This document shows, in pieces, positions 28,161-38,823 of a stretch of DNA of 58,976 nucleotides. Numbering within the stretch: the stretch's first letter is position 1; each line of letters starts with the position of its first letter. The stretch covers positions 1 through 58,976 of the forward strand of contig JAYVIQ010000045.1 of the NCBI GenBank assembly GCA_043770215.1, written 5' to 3'. Both the position numbers and the translations under genes were made by a program. The stretch comes from Cytophagales bacterium (GTDB lineage: Bacteria > Bacteroidota > Bacteroidia > Cytophagales > JAAEPT01). The notes beneath the pieces were generated by a model. It was not told the origin of the DNA. It saw only the letters and a list, made by a program, of their open reading frames with translations, and searched no databases.

Positions 28161-28904
28161 TTCAGTTTTTGTAGACATAGCTTCATTAAAAGTGTAATTT
28201 GCTGAAGTAAATGAACACAATTCTTCTTTTGTTTTTATTTCATTTTTTAGAATAAAACTTGCCATAAGTCCCCGTGCTTGTTTTGCATAAACCATTACTA
28301 CTTTAGGTCCATTTGGTGAATTTTCTTTGAAAATAGGGGTTACTACTGGGTTTAAAAATGAATTTAGTTTTAATACTTTAGCATATTCTTCAGAGGCAAG
28401 ATTTACAAGAATTTCATCTTTTTTAAGAACTTTATTTATTTGATTGGCTAATTTTTTATCCCAATACTGGTACAAGTTTTTTGCTTTAGGAGAAATCTCT
28501 AACTTAGTGCCCATTTCTAATCTATAAGGCATTATTAAATCAAAAGGTTTTAAAATACCATACAATCCAGATAATATAACTAAATTATCTTGAGCATAGG
28601 CTAAGTTTTTAGCAGAGTAATCTCTGATATTTAACCCACTATACACTTCTCCATCAAATGCAAAAGCTGCGGCTTTAGTTTCGTTTATGTCAAAAGGTAA
28701 GCTCCAATTTTGGTATCTATTATGGTTTAATTCTGCCAAGGCTGGGCTTAAATTCATTAATTTAGCAATTGATTCAGGATTCAGTTTCTTAAGCTTTTGA
28801 ATCAACTTTTCTGCTTCTGCAGAAAAAAAAATCTCGGTATGCGCTATAGGAAGTTCTTCTTTAGAGAAGTTTAGTTTTTTTGCCGGAGACAGTATTACCT
28901 TCAT
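28143..28904 (-). CDS. yaaA: YaaA-family (UPF0246/DUF328) peroxide-stress protein
   Basis: MKVILSPAKKLNF...AFDGEVYSGLN...LSGLYGILKPFDLIMPYRLEM is the characteristic YaaA pattern. Confidence 0.85.
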   Translation of the reverse strand: MKVILSPAKKLNFSKEELPIAHTEIFFSAEAEKLIQKLKKLNPESIAKLMNLSPALAELNHNRYQNWSLPFDINETKAAAFAFDGEVYSGLNIRDYSAKNLAYAQDNLVILSGLYGILKPFDLIMPYRLEMGTKLEISPKAKNLYQYWDKKLANQINKVLKKDEILVNLASEEYAKVLKLNSFLNPVVTPIFKENSPNGPKVVMVYAKQARGLMASFILKNEIKTKEELCSFTSANYTFNEAMSTKTELLFLR

Positions 28905-29046
28905 TTTTATTTTTTTTAAAGATTGACTATAAAATATTTGAATGCAAATATTTATTTTTTGTTTTCAAGAAACTCAACATAATTTGATTTCTATAGATGT
29001 ATAAAGGTACTATCATATTGTTTATTTTTTACTCTATGAATAAGTC

Positions 29047-31539
29047 CTAATTTGGGTCCACATCTAATATGATTCTTATATTTTTGAAATCTGGCTTTAG
29101 CAATGTATGCTCTACAATTTCTAATAAATACTCTTTTACACTTTTTATGTAAGTGTGGTCTTTTGGTAGTTTAAAAAATATTTGTTCTAAAAACTGATTT
29201 CTAACTCTATTTATTATTGGCTCTTCGGGTCCAATGATGGCTTTTATACCAAATTTTTCTTTTAATATTCTGCCCAAGTACAAACTGCATCGTTCTGCTG
29301 TGCCTTTGTCTTCATGCTTTATAATTATTTTTATTAATCTACAAAAAGGAGGGTATAAAAACTGTTTTCTAAAACCCATTTCTTTCTCATAAAAACCATT
29401 AAGGTCTTGATTCATTACTTGTTGAATCAATATGTGGTTTGGATTATTGGTCTGAATCAATACTTTACCTCCTTTATTTGCCCTACCAGCTCTACCAGAA
29501 ATTTGCGTAAGTAGTTGAACCACTCTTTCTGAAGCTCTGAAATCTGGAAAAAAAAGCATTCTATCAATATCAAACACAGTTACAAGAGTTACATTATCAA
29601 AATCTAACCCTTTTGTGACCATCTGTGTCCCAATAAGTATATCCGTTTTTCTACTTCTAAAGTCAGAAAATATTTCTTCTAGCTTATTTTTTGTACGGGC
29701 AGTATCAGTATCTAGCCTAGCAATCTTTGCTGTTTTAAAAATGGTTTGTACATCATCTTCTAGTTTTTCTGTGCCCATACCTACAGGGTAAATACTTCTA
29801 GAGCCACATTCTGAACAGTTTGTAGGTATGCCTTGTTGGTGTCCGCAATAATGGCACTTAAGTTCATTGCTGCCTTTGTGTAACGTAAGACTTACATTAC
29901 AGTTTATACAATGAGGAATATATTCACAAGAAGTGCATTGTACATAGGGAGAATATCCTCTTCTGTTTTGAAATACTATTGCTTGTTCTTTAAGTTCCAG
30001 CGCTTTGGACATTAAGTCAATAAAGGCATCAGAAAAATAATTTACTCCATTTTTTACGTAAGGAGAAGGGCTAAGAAAGAGTTGTGGAAGTTGAGATAGA
30101 CCATGTCTTTTTGTAAGATTTACCAATCCATATTTGCCTTCTTTGGCAAGAAAGTAACTTTCTAAAGAAGGGGTAGCTGTGCCTAAAAGTACTTTTGCAT
30201 TATGCAAGTGAGCCAAATACATTGCAGAATCTCTTCCATGGTATCTTGGAGACGGTTCATGTTGTTTATAGGAAGCATCGTGCTCTTCATCTATAATTAC
30301 TAATCCTAAATTTTCAAAAGGCAAGAATATAGATGACCTTACACCAAGTATGATTTGAAATTCACCATTTTTTAAACCCTTGTAGGTTTCTACCCTCTCA
30401 TTATCAGAAAATTTACTGTGATAAACGCCTAAAGATGAGCCGAAAATTTTACGTAATCTGCTGAAAATCTGAGTAGAAAGAGCAATCTCTGGCAGTAGAT
30501 ACAAAACTTGTTTGCCTTTTAGAAGCATCTCTTCTATTAAATGTATGTAAATTTCTGTTTTGCCACTTCCGGTTATTCCGTGCAATAAACAAATGTTTTT
30601 TTGATCAAAAACAGTGTTTATTTCTTCGAAAGCATTTTTTTGAGCTTCATTAAGCGGTTTTTTGTCTTCTGTATACCTGTCTACTCTAAACCTAGAAACA
30701 GGTTGCTCAAACTCATGCAATACCTGTTTTTTGATAAGTGTATTTAGAGATGAGCTGCTGAGCTCTTGCAGTAAAAAACTAGATTTTTCTAAACCAATAG
30801 AATTTAGTTCAGGTGTAGATAAGCAATTTGTCTCTTTCAAATAATGTAAAATGATTTCTTGCTGTTTTTCGTTTTTTTCTAAGTCTTTAAACAGTTTTTC
30901 TAATCCATTTTCTAAAAATAAATTCTGGTTTAGGCGTATTTTTTTTATTTTTTTGGGGCTATACTTATCTTTTACCTGCTCAAACAGTAGAATGGCATCT
31001 TTTTTTAATAACTCAGAAATGATTTTATTAAGTTTTTTTAGTTTAAGTGTTTTTTCTATTTCAGAAAAAGAAAGGTATTCTTTCTTTTTTAATAAAGTAA
31101 GAACACTTATTTCATCAGCACTTAAATTTTCTTGCCAGATGTATTCTGGTTTTAATTGTACACTAGATTCGCTGCTCAGTTTTAAGCCAGCGGGCAAAGC
31201 ACAAATGAGTACTTCTCCAGGATGAGCAAGGTAATAATCGCTCATCCAATGAATAAAGTTTATTTGTATTTTGCTCAAGAGTGGAGTATCATCTAAGATA
31301 TCTAAAATGTATTTTGCTTCGTAATTTCTTGGAGGATCTTCTGATATAGCAACAACAAGGCCAGTGTATATTTTTTTTTGTCCAAATTGAATCACAACTC
31401 TGTATCCAATATTTACTAAGTCATTCCATTCATTGGGTACCCTGTACGTATAAATTTTTGGCAAAGGCAAGGGTACAATTACTTCTACAAAAAAAGTGCT
31501 GTAGGCGGTGTGTATTATTTCCTTTTCAAATTCTAACAT
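29047..31539 (-). CDS. priA: Primosomal protein N' (replication restart helicase PriA)
   Basis: It has FFVEVIVPLPL...YTYRVP, Walker A HGITGSGKTEIY, DEEHD, Cys-rich zinc motifs CxxC...CxxC...CHYCG...CxxCGS, and GTQMVTKGLDF. Confidence 0.9.
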   Translation of the reverse strand: MLEFEKEIIHTAYSTFFVEVIVPLPLPKIYTYRVPNEWNDLVNIGYRVVIQFGQKKIYTGLVVAISEDPPRNYEAKYILDILDDTPLLSKIQINFIHWMSDYYLAHPGEVLICALPAGLKLSSESSVQLKPEYIWQENLSADEISVLTLLKKKEYLSFSEIEKTLKLKKLNKIISELLKKDAILLFEQVKDKYSPKKIKKIRLNQNLFLENGLEKLFKDLEKNEKQQEIILHYLKETNCLSTPELNSIGLEKSSFLLQELSSSSLNTLIKKQVLHEFEQPVSRFRVDRYTEDKKPLNEAQKNAFEEINTVFDQKNICLLHGITGSGKTEIYIHLIEEMLLKGKQVLYLLPEIALSTQIFSRLRKIFGSSLGVYHSKFSDNERVETYKGLKNGEFQIILGVRSSIFLPFENLGLVIIDEEHDASYKQHEPSPRYHGRDSAMYLAHLHNAKVLLGTATPSLESYFLAKEGKYGLVNLTKRHGLSQLPQLFLSPSPYVKNGVNYFSDAFIDLMSKALELKEQAIVFQNRRGYSPYVQCTSCEYIPHCINCNVSLTLHKGSNELKCHYCGHQQGIPTNCSECGSRSIYPVGMGTEKLEDDVQTIFKTAKIARLDTDTARTKNKLEEIFSDFRSRKTDILIGTQMVTKGLDFDNVTLVTVFDIDRMLFFPDFRASERVVQLLTQISGRAGRANKGGKVLIQTNNPNHILIQQVMNQDLNGFYEKEMGFRKQFLYPPFCRLIKIIIKHEDKGTAERCSLYLGRILKEKFGIKAIIGPEEPIINRVRNQFLEQIFFKLPKDHTYIKSVKEYLLEIVEHTLLKPDFKNIRIILDVDPN

Positions 31540-32498
31540 GGGGTAGAAATTAATTTATTGATTTCAATAATTTCTAAACTCATGTCTATTTTTTCATTAA
31601 GTATTTTGGTGTTTTCTAGTAGTTGTTTTAGAAAATCAGCATACGCTATGCTCTTATTATACAGTGGTTTGTGTTGAATAGAAGTGCTTATGTTTTTAAT
31701 TTTTGTTAGCAATGAAATTGTTTCTGGGCTAAAAAAAGCATTGCAAAAAGCGGTGTAAATAATATCAGTAGCCAATTCATTCGGATGTATTAGGTCACTT
31801 TTATAAAACCTATAATCACGTAAATCATCCAGTACTTTTTCGTAGCTTGGCAAATAAGTAACATTAGAATATTTCTGTTCTAATTTTGCACAAGCAACCC
31901 GTAAAGTACTTTTGCTTAATTGGTTTTCTGGTATCCCATCTTTTGTATGCCTCACAGGGCTTATGTTTAAAATAATTTGGGTTGCTGGATTAATCTTGGT
32001 GTAAGCGTTATCAAAACCTTGTATTATTTCTTCTACTTCAAGTATTCTTTTTGTAAATAATTGGGCAGGTTGTTTGTGGCAATTGCCTACAAATAAACAA
32101 TTTTGTTGTAATGTATGTACAAAAGCGGTACCAAATGTAAGTATAAGCACATCTGTTTTGGCTAAAAAAGAAGATAGCTTTTGGTTTAGAGCTTCTATTT
32201 TTTGATTTAATTCTTGTTTAGAATACCCAAAAATAGAAGAATGCAAATCATGATGAAACCACAAATCTTGATTATGTACAATAAGAGAGTTGTCTAGACC
32301 AGCTTTATTTTCTAGTATTTTAAAAATAGATAAGGGGTTAAATGTTGTTCCAAAAGGGTTTGATAAAGCAGGTATTTTGCCAGCAAGTAATCGTAAACCT
32401 ATTTCATCTGAAAAGCAAGATCCTAGAAGCAAAAAATTGTGCTTATGAGTGTATTTGACTAAATTATTTTGAAAATCTACAGGCGTATTTAGCAACAT
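31533..32498 (-). CDS. GSCFA-domain protein
   Basis: It has LLLGSCFSDEIG near the N-terminus, later ISPVRH and LIHPN. This is the GSCFA family pattern. Confidence 0.7.
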   Translation of the reverse strand: MLLNTPVDFQNNLVKYTHKHNFLLLGSCFSDEIGLRLLAGKIPALSNPFGTTFNPLSIFKILENKAGLDNSLIVHNQDLWFHHDLHSSIFGYSKQELNQKIEALNQKLSSFLAKTDVLILTFGTAFVHTLQQNCLFVGNCHKQPAQLFTKRILEVEEIIQGFDNAYTKINPATQIILNISPVRHTKDGIPENQLSKSTLRVACAKLEQKYSNVTYLPSYEKVLDDLRDYRFYKSDLIHPNELATDIIYTAFCNAFFSPETISLLTKIKNISTSIQHKPLYNKSIAYADFLKQLLENTKILNEKIDMSLEIIEINKLISTPC

Positions 32499-33064
32499 AA
32501 TACAGCAAAATTAAGCATTTTTTTATTATTTCTATTTTTTTCAAATGTTCTCATAGCTCGTTTTCTTACAGCTAGCCAACAAATTTCTTTAACTCCAAAA
32601 TATTTATTTGCTGAAAAAATGGTAAGTTGTTCGAGTTTTTCTCTGATTTTTAATCCCGAATTTATAGCAATTACATAGGTTGCCCAACTTTTAACTGAGT
32701 CAGATTTATGTTTTGAAATAATTCTCAGTAGCTCACTATCATTCTGTTTTATAGTTTTTTTTAGAATTCCTAAACCAATAGCGTCGTTTACTGTATTTAC
32801 ATTTTGTTTTTCTAAAGCTTCTATGTAGGCTAAAATGGATTCTAAATAGTCATTTCTATTTATTTTTGCCAATATATTTTGAAACATTTTTTTTTGGTCT
32901 ACGGCAAACCATTCAACAAGATTTGGAGATTCTAGCTCGCCATTATTTAGTTGGTCTAAAATTTCTTTGGGGATGTCTTTTATAGATTTTGAATTTTTTC
33001 TTTTTATTTCTTCCACAGATTTATGTATGGCACAATGAATAGTAGATTTTCGTTTCCTACACAA
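32489..33064 (-). CDS. DNA-alkylation-repair-like HEAT protein, apparently truncated at the C-terminus (possible pseudogene)
   Basis: IKDIPKEILDQLNNGELESPNLVEWFAVDQ...VNTVNDAIGLGIL...HKSDSVKSWATYVI...FGVKEICWLAVR matches the first two-thirds or so of this family as I remember it. After that the frame turns into low-complexity sequence and stops inside the next gene. There is no ATG start (the track uses TTG). Confidence 0.4.
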   Translation of the reverse strand: MCRKRKSTIHCAIHKSVEEIKRKNSKSIKDIPKEILDQLNNGELESPNLVEWFAVDQKKMFQNILAKINRNDYLESILAYIEALEKQNVNTVNDAIGLGILKKTIKQNDSELLRIISKHKSDSVKSWATYVIAINSGLKIREKLEQLTIFSANKYFGVKEICWLAVRKRAMRTFEKNRNNKKMLNFAVLCC

Positions 33065-33118
33065 TAAAAATATAAAAAATGTAGAACCTTTAGCCCATCT
33101 AAAAATAGAATATGAAAG

Positions 33119-33463
33119 TTATTGAGTTACATTTAAACTGTCTTTAGGAGCAATTTTTTTTTCAGCAAGTTCTATTACCTCTCTAAAATATTCTGGATTT
33201 TTAGAATAGTATTTAAAGCTTGAATCAAATTTTTCTATTGATATCTTTAAACTATCAAGCAAAATAGGCTTATAATGACCCAGAAATAGCTGTTTAGAGC
33301 TATCGGATTGTAATCCTTTTTGATAGGTTATTTCTTCAGCTACCATCATTTTAGCCATAGCAGAAGCCATGTCTTCTTTAGATAAAACGTTTTTTGGTAT
33401 TTCTGGTGCAGATGTGCATCCAACAAAAACGAAAACCATAGAATAAAACACTATTTTTCTCAA
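33119..33463 (-). CDS. Small lipoprotein (DUF4296-like)
   Basis: The lipobox is VFVGCTS. LSKEDMASAMAKMMVAEE resembles DUF4296 proteins. Confidence 0.45.
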   Translation of the reverse strand: MRKIVFYSMVFVFVGCTSAPEIPKNVLSKEDMASAMAKMMVAEEITYQKGLQSDSSKQLFLGHYKPILLDSLKISIEKFDSSFKYYSKNPEYFREVIELAEKKIAPKDSLNVTQ

Positions 33464-33560
33464 AATCTTTTTCTTTTTTTAATGTCTAAAACTACGTATA
33501 AAAGCTAAGAAAATCCAGTAACCTATCTAAAATATGTAGCCCTATTACTCTTCTAATCCT

Positions 33561-34910
33561 TTAGATAATAAACATTTTTACAATGCTAAAATATATAGCA
33601 ATGCCTATAATATCGTTTGCTGTGGTAATAAAAGGACCTGAAGCTATGGCAGGGTTTATGTCAAATTTTTCTAAAATAAGTGGCGTAATGGTACCCATCA
33701 TAGAAGAAATTATCACCACAGTAAATATAGCAATGCCAACAACAATAGAAAGATTTGTATCTTGCTTGTAGGCATATACAAATAAAATTACCAGTATAAA
33801 TATAGATACACCATTTAAGAGAGATACCACAAAAGATTTAAATAGCTGAGTAGAAACATCTTCATCAAAAGCACTTTTATTGGCTAAACTTTGTACAACT
33901 ATACTACTAGATTGTATGCCTACATTTCCGCCAGTAGCTGTTATTAATGGAATAAAAAAGGCAACAGCCGTTAATTCTTGAAGCGGTCCTTCAAAAACAC
34001 CCAAGAGCATAGCACTCAATAATCCCCCCAAAACACCTATCAGCAGCCAGGGTAATCTAGCCCTAGTTAAATCCCAAATGCTGTCAGAGTGCCCTACATT
34101 TTCTGAGATACCGGCCATTAAATTCCGCTCAGTTTCTGCCTGTTCTGTAATTACATCTAAAATATCATCTATGGTTATTCTGCCCACTAATTTGGTTTGC
34201 AAATTTACAACGGGTACAGCATCTAAATCGTATTTTGTCATGATTTGTGCAACTTCAAAATCTGCCATAAATACATCTACCATAATCAAATCTTCTTCAT
34301 AAAGATCTGCAATTTTGGTATGGCTAGGTGCCAAAACTATTTTTTTTAGAGATACCCTACCTAAAAGTTTGTCTTTGTCATTTACTACGTAAATAGAGTA
34401 TAATTTATCTACATTTTCTGCTTGTCTTTTTATTTCTTCTATACATTGGCCTACTGTCCAATTCGCATCTGCTTTTACCAACTCTTTGGCCATCATTCCG
34501 CCAGCACAGTCTTCTTCATACCGCAACAATTCATGCAAATGTTCTACTACTTGAGAATCTTCTACAAGAGAAAGTACTTCTTCTCTAGCTTTTAAATTTT
34601 GCTCATTTAAAATGTCTGCTGCATCATCAGAATCTAAGTGGGGGAGTAGGTCAGCTACTTCTTTAGAAGTAAATGTTTTTAAAAATTTTCTTCTAATGTC
34701 TGAATCAAGTTCGGCAATTATTTCTGCACTTTTTTCAGATTCTAGAATGTCAAAAATAAATTTACTTTGCTTAGAGTCTAACTCAGTTAAAATTAAATTT
34801 AGGTCAGCAACGTGCAAATCTAATAAACTATCCACCAAAAAAGTTCTATCTTGTGCTTCTATGGCATTTTCTATCTGTTCTAAGAATTCTTTTGTTAGTT
34901 CAAATTGCAT
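33561..34910 (-). CDS. mgtE: Magnesium transporter MgtE
   Basis: It has the N-terminal MgtE_N acidic helical domain, tandem CBS domains (LLGRVSLKKI, LVGRITIDDILDV) and a five-helix transmembrane domain with PFITTANDIIG. Confidence 0.9.
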   Translation of the reverse strand: MQFELTKEFLEQIENAIEAQDRTFLVDSLLDLHVADLNLILTELDSKQSKFIFDILESEKSAEIIAELDSDIRRKFLKTFTSKEVADLLPHLDSDDAADILNEQNLKAREEVLSLVEDSQVVEHLHELLRYEEDCAGGMMAKELVKADANWTVGQCIEEIKRQAENVDKLYSIYVVNDKDKLLGRVSLKKIVLAPSHTKIADLYEEDLIMVDVFMADFEVAQIMTKYDLDAVPVVNLQTKLVGRITIDDILDVITEQAETERNLMAGISENVGHSDSIWDLTRARLPWLLIGVLGGLLSAMLLGVFEGPLQELTAVAFFIPLITATGGNVGIQSSSIVVQSLANKSAFDEDVSTQLFKSFVVSLLNGVSIFILVILFVYAYKQDTNLSIVVGIAIFTVVIISSMMGTITPLILEKFDINPAIASGPFITTANDIIGIAIYFSIVKMFII

Positions 34911-35099
34911 GATGCTAATCTTTTTTGTTTGTGGGTAGTGCTTTTAATCTTTGCAATTACGTAAATTTTAATTAATCTTATGGCTATTATTTGTTTAAAT
35001 CTTGCCTTACACTTTCACTTTTTTTAAACAAAATATAAAAAGATTCATAGTCAACTTTTTTGTAGAAAAGTAGTGTTTAATCTTTTACAACGATTAGAA

Positions 35100-35882
35100 T
35101 TATGCTTCAAGACCCTTACTTGCCTGCTTTGTCAATTCTACAAACTGTGCTACACTTAGCTGCTCTGCTCTGGCAGACAAAAAGAATTCATCTATATTTT
35201 CTGTTTCTAAATTTAGACACTTAAGCGCATTTTTAAGCGTTTTTCTTCTGTTGTTAAATCCTTGTTTCACCAATTGGAAAAACAGTTTTTCGTCACAACC
35301 GAGTGCAGTAGTTTCGTTTCTTGTTAAGCGTATTACTCCAGATTTGACTCTCGGAGGAGGGATAAAAACATGCTCATGTACTGTAAAAAGGTACTCTATT
35401 TTGTAGAATGCTTGTAGCAAAACACTCAGTATGCCGTACTGCTTATTGCCTGGAGGAGAAGCTAACCTTACGGCAACTTCTTTTTGAAGCATACACACTA
35501 CCTGTGTATATACATCTCTGCTTTCTAAGACTTTAAAGAAAATTTGCGAGCCAATGTTGTAAGGAAAGTTTCCAATCATGGCTATTTTGCCATCGAAATA
35601 ATCTGAGGGTTGTTTTCTCAAAAAATCTCCGGCAACTATTCTTTCTTTTAAATATGGGAAATGATTTTGTAAATAGAGCACAGACTCGGTATCTATTTCT
35701 GCCACTTTTATATTGGCTTGGCGTTGTATAAAATACTTGGTTAAAACGCCCATTCCAGGCCCTATTTCTAGAATAGATTCGTTTTCGTTTACCAACAATC
35801 CATCAACAATTTGTAAAGCGATGCTTTCATCGTTTAAAAAATGTTGTCCTAAATGTTTCTTTGCCTTAACTTTATCGTTCAT
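35100..35882 (-). CDS. rsmA: 16S rRNA (adenine1518/1519-N6)-dimethyltransferase RsmA/KsgA
   Basis: KKHLGQHFLNDESI...EIGPGMGVLT...IGNFPYNI... is the canonical KsgA pattern. I moved the start to ATG (35880-35882) instead of the TTG at 35891. Confidence 0.9.
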   Translation of the reverse strand: MNDKVKAKKHLGQHFLNDESIALQIVDGLLVNENESILEIGPGMGVLTKYFIQRQANIKVAEIDTESVLYLQNHFPYLKERIVAGDFLRKQPSDYFDGKIAMIGNFPYNIGSQIFFKVLESRDVYTQVVCMLQKEVAVRLASPPGNKQYGILSVLLQAFYKIEYLFTVHEHVFIPPPRVKSGVIRLTRNETTALGCDEKLFFQLVKQGFNNRRKTLKNALKCLNLETENIDEFFLSARAEQLSVAQFVELTKQASKGLEA

Positions 35883-35902
35883 TTGTACCAAAATTACAGA
35901 TA

Positions 35903-37273
35903 ATGATTATCAATTACGAATACTATACCCAATTAGAATTAGAGAAATGCTCTATAATTCTATACAAACAAATTTCAGAATTGGAAATATACTTAAATTC
36001 TGAACAGTTAGAGAAGCTTAAGCCAGACAATAGTGTTTTGGTTATCAATGATTTAACTAGTATTAAAGTTTTTGTTAAGCTAGAAGAAGACGCTGAAAAA
36101 AACAGAAGATTAGGTGCAAAAGTTTTTGGAGAAATTATAACGTTTAAACCCGAAATCATAAAATTTTTAGGGATTTTAGATACCGCTTTTGTAGAAGGTG
36201 TCACTTTAAGTAGTTATACTTTTGATACTTTCAAAAGCAAAAAAGAAACTTATACTCCAGTTTTTTTACTGAATGAGTCAAATAAAGAAACGTTTGAAAG
36301 CATACGCAACATTATTGAATCTGTTTTTTGGGCAAGGGATTTAGTTAATTTGCCTTACAGTCATTTGAACGCATTAGATTTCGAAGCACAAATTCAAAAC
36401 AGATTTGAAAATACACCTGTAACCACTACATTTTGGAATAAACAAAAACTAGAAGAAGAAAAATTTGGTGGTTTGCTGGCAGTAAATAAAGCAAGCTCTG
36501 TAGAGCCAAGGTTTGGGATATTAGAATATAAACCCAATAATCCTAGCAACAGCAGGCCAATAGTTTTGGTTGGAAAAGGAGTGGTGTACGATACAGGAGG
36601 TTTGAGTTTAAAACCTACTGAAAACAGCATGGATTTTATGAAATGCGATATGGCAGGACTTGCTGCTATGGTGGGCACCTTAGATGCGTTACAAAAAAAT
36701 AATTCAAACAAATGGATTATAGTTCTATGCCCTATTACAGATAACTTAATAGGCAACAATGCTTTGGCCCCAGGAGATGTAATTACAATGAAAAGCGGAC
36801 ACACAGTAGAAGTAATGGATACTGATGCAGAAGGAAGGTTGATTTTAGCAGATGCACTTGAATTTGCTAAAACACTAAACCCACAAATTGTAATAGACGC
36901 AGCAACTCTAACAGGTTCAGCTGTAAGGGCTATAGGAGACCATGCTGCGGTAATTATGGGCAATGCACCAAGTGTTATTTTTCATTCAATAGCTAAAATT
37001 GGAGAGCAAACTGGTGAGCGAGTAGCAAGGTTTCCTTTTTGGGATGATTACCAAGACCAACTAAAAAGTGAAGTGGCTGACCTAAAAAATTTAGGTGGGC
37101 CAACAGCTGGTGCTATCACAGCAGGAAAATTCTTAGCTAATTTTGTTGCTTATGATTGGTTACATGTAGATATTGCAGGTCCAGCGTATACGCACAAACC
37201 TTGGCACTACCAAAAAATTGGTGGTACAGGCTTTGGAGTAAGGTTGTTACATTCATTAATTCAAGAATTATAA
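35903..37273 (+). CDS. pepA: M17 leucyl aminopeptidase family protein
   Basis: It has VGKGVVYDTGGLSLKP, MKCDMAG and the NTDAEGRL-type motif (MDTDAEGRLILADAL), followed by ATLTGS. Confidence 0.85.
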   Translation: MIINYEYYTQLELEKCSIILYKQISELEIYLNSEQLEKLKPDNSVLVINDLTSIKVFVKLEEDAEKNRRLGAKVFGEIITFKPEIIKFLGILDTAFVEGVTLSSYTFDTFKSKKETYTPVFLLNESNKETFESIRNIIESVFWARDLVNLPYSHLNALDFEAQIQNRFENTPVTTTFWNKQKLEEEKFGGLLAVNKASSVEPRFGILEYKPNNPSNSRPIVLVGKGVVYDTGGLSLKPTENSMDFMKCDMAGLAAMVGTLDALQKNNSNKWIIVLCPITDNLIGNNALAPGDVITMKSGHTVEVMDTDAEGRLILADALEFAKTLNPQIVIDAATLTGSAVRAIGDHAAVIMGNAPSVIFHSIAKIGEQTGERVARFPFWDDYQDQLKSEVADLKNLGGPTAGAITAGKFLANFVAYDWLHVDIAGPAYTHKPWHYQKIGGTGFGVRLLHSLIQEL

Positions 37274-37280
37274 AAATTAT

Positions 37281-38327
37281 ATGGCACAAGAAGTTAGAAA
37301 ACCTGTTTTAGGTATTACTATAGGAGACATGAATGGCGTGGGGCCAGAAATATTAATGAGGATTTTTTCTGATCTTCGTATGTTGGATGTATGTACTCCT
37401 GCTATTTATTGCAATGGAAGGGTTTTTGGGTTTTATAGAAAGTTTTTGAATCACACAGGATTTAATTATCATCAAGTAGAATCTATTACAGAAGTTCAAG
37501 AAGGAAAAGTAAACATAGTAAATTGTTGGGATGAAGAAGTAGAATTAAATCCTGGTCAAATGACACCAAATGGAGGTAAATATGCACTTATTTCCCTAAA
37601 AGCTGCTGTAGAAGATTGGAAAAACAATCGCTTTGATGCCTTGATTACCTCGCCTATTAATAAAAAAAATGTAGCAGATGAGTCTTTTAACTTCAATGGT
37701 CACACACGTTATCTAACACAAGAAGCTGGCGAAAAAGATAGTTTAATGCTTATGACCTGCAAAGATTTGAAAATTGGTGTAGCTACAGAGCACATTCCAT
37801 TGAAAGATATATCCGCAGCCATTACCAAAGAATTGATTATTGACAAAGTAAAACTAATGCACAAAACATTGAAAAATGATTTTGGTATATCCAAGCCAAA
37901 AATTGCATTATTGGGTTTGAATCCGCACGCAGGAGATGGTGGATTGATGGGGTCTGAAGAGGTAGAAGTAATTATACCAGCCATAGATGAACTAAACTCT
38001 AAATTCAATATTATGGCAATTGGTCCTTACCCAGCAGATGGTTTTTTTGGTTCATCAGAGTACAAGCATTTTGATGGTGTATTGGCTATGTACCATGACC
38101 AAGGTTTAATCCCATTTAAAACAATAGCTTTTGAGCAAGGGGTAAATTTTACGGCTGGCATTGCTAAGATAAGAACAAGTCCTGATCATGGTACTGCGTA
38201 CAACATTGTTGGCAAGAAAAAAATCAGCTTAGTTTCATTTAGAGAGGCAATCTATTTGGCAATAGACATATACAATACTAGAAACGGTATATTGCCCATA
38301 CAGCAAAGTGCGTTTAAATTTGATTAG
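37281..38327 (+). CDS. pdxA: 4-hydroxythreonine-4-phosphate dehydrogenase PdxA
   Basis: It has GITIGDMNGVGPEI, GHTRYL, LGLNPHAGDGG, MYHDQGLIPFK and IRTSPDHGTA. Confidence 0.9.
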   Translation: MAQEVRKPVLGITIGDMNGVGPEILMRIFSDLRMLDVCTPAIYCNGRVFGFYRKFLNHTGFNYHQVESITEVQEGKVNIVNCWDEEVELNPGQMTPNGGKYALISLKAAVEDWKNNRFDALITSPINKKNVADESFNFNGHTRYLTQEAGEKDSLMLMTCKDLKIGVATEHIPLKDISAAITKELIIDKVKLMHKTLKNDFGISKPKIALLGLNPHAGDGGLMGSEEVEVIIPAIDELNSKFNIMAIGPYPADGFFGSSEYKHFDGVLAMYHDQGLIPFKTIAFEQGVNFTAGIAKIRTSPDHGTAYNIVGKKKISLVSFREAIYLAIDIYNTRNGILPIQQSAFKFD

Positions 38328-38823
38328 GTTTATAGGTGGATATTTAATAAAAAATGTAGCAATTGTGAACTTAAATCAGTGGTGATTTATGGACAGAAAG
38401 ATTTGTGGTCATAGAAAATAATTCTTTATATTGTTTTACTAAATCTGTAAGTCTTAAACGTAAGACGTACCACAAAAATTTTTCTGACATAAGTAAAATT
38501 GAGTACGTTAGAAAAACTAAAGGACTCCTTATTACTACAAAAGATAATAATACTTACTAAATAATAGGATATAAAAGACACTTAGATTTAAAGAAAGAAA
38601 TAGAATCTAAAATGTTGTCTAGTCCTGGAATAATGATAAAGGATTATACTTTGTCATTTATAAAGAATTAGGGCTGTGGTTCAGATGAGGTTTTGATAGG
38701 CTATAGATTTGCTAAAGATAATAGTATAAAACCTACTTTTCAATTTTGGTAGACTTCTATGTTTTTACTATGTTTATGGTGTTTTAAATTCTTGTAATAG
38801 ATGATTTTATAGTAAGGATATGT

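Noticed and set aside
36394-36963. A long antisense ORF (189 aa) inside pepA. Many similar track ORFs exist, for example 4885-5250, 6458-6697, 8982-9293, 11886-12176, 15035-15292, 16309-16650, 24786-25097, 27122-27406, 30851-31225, 34612-34938, 35923-36204, 37709-38008, 40282-40632, 45871-46215, 48586-48906, 51299-51577 and 58285-58626.
   Set aside because: Each is embedded antisense or out of frame in a gene with strong family-level evidence, and their compositions are low-complexity (Ser/Phe/Leu/Ile-rich). I treat them as shadow ORFs.
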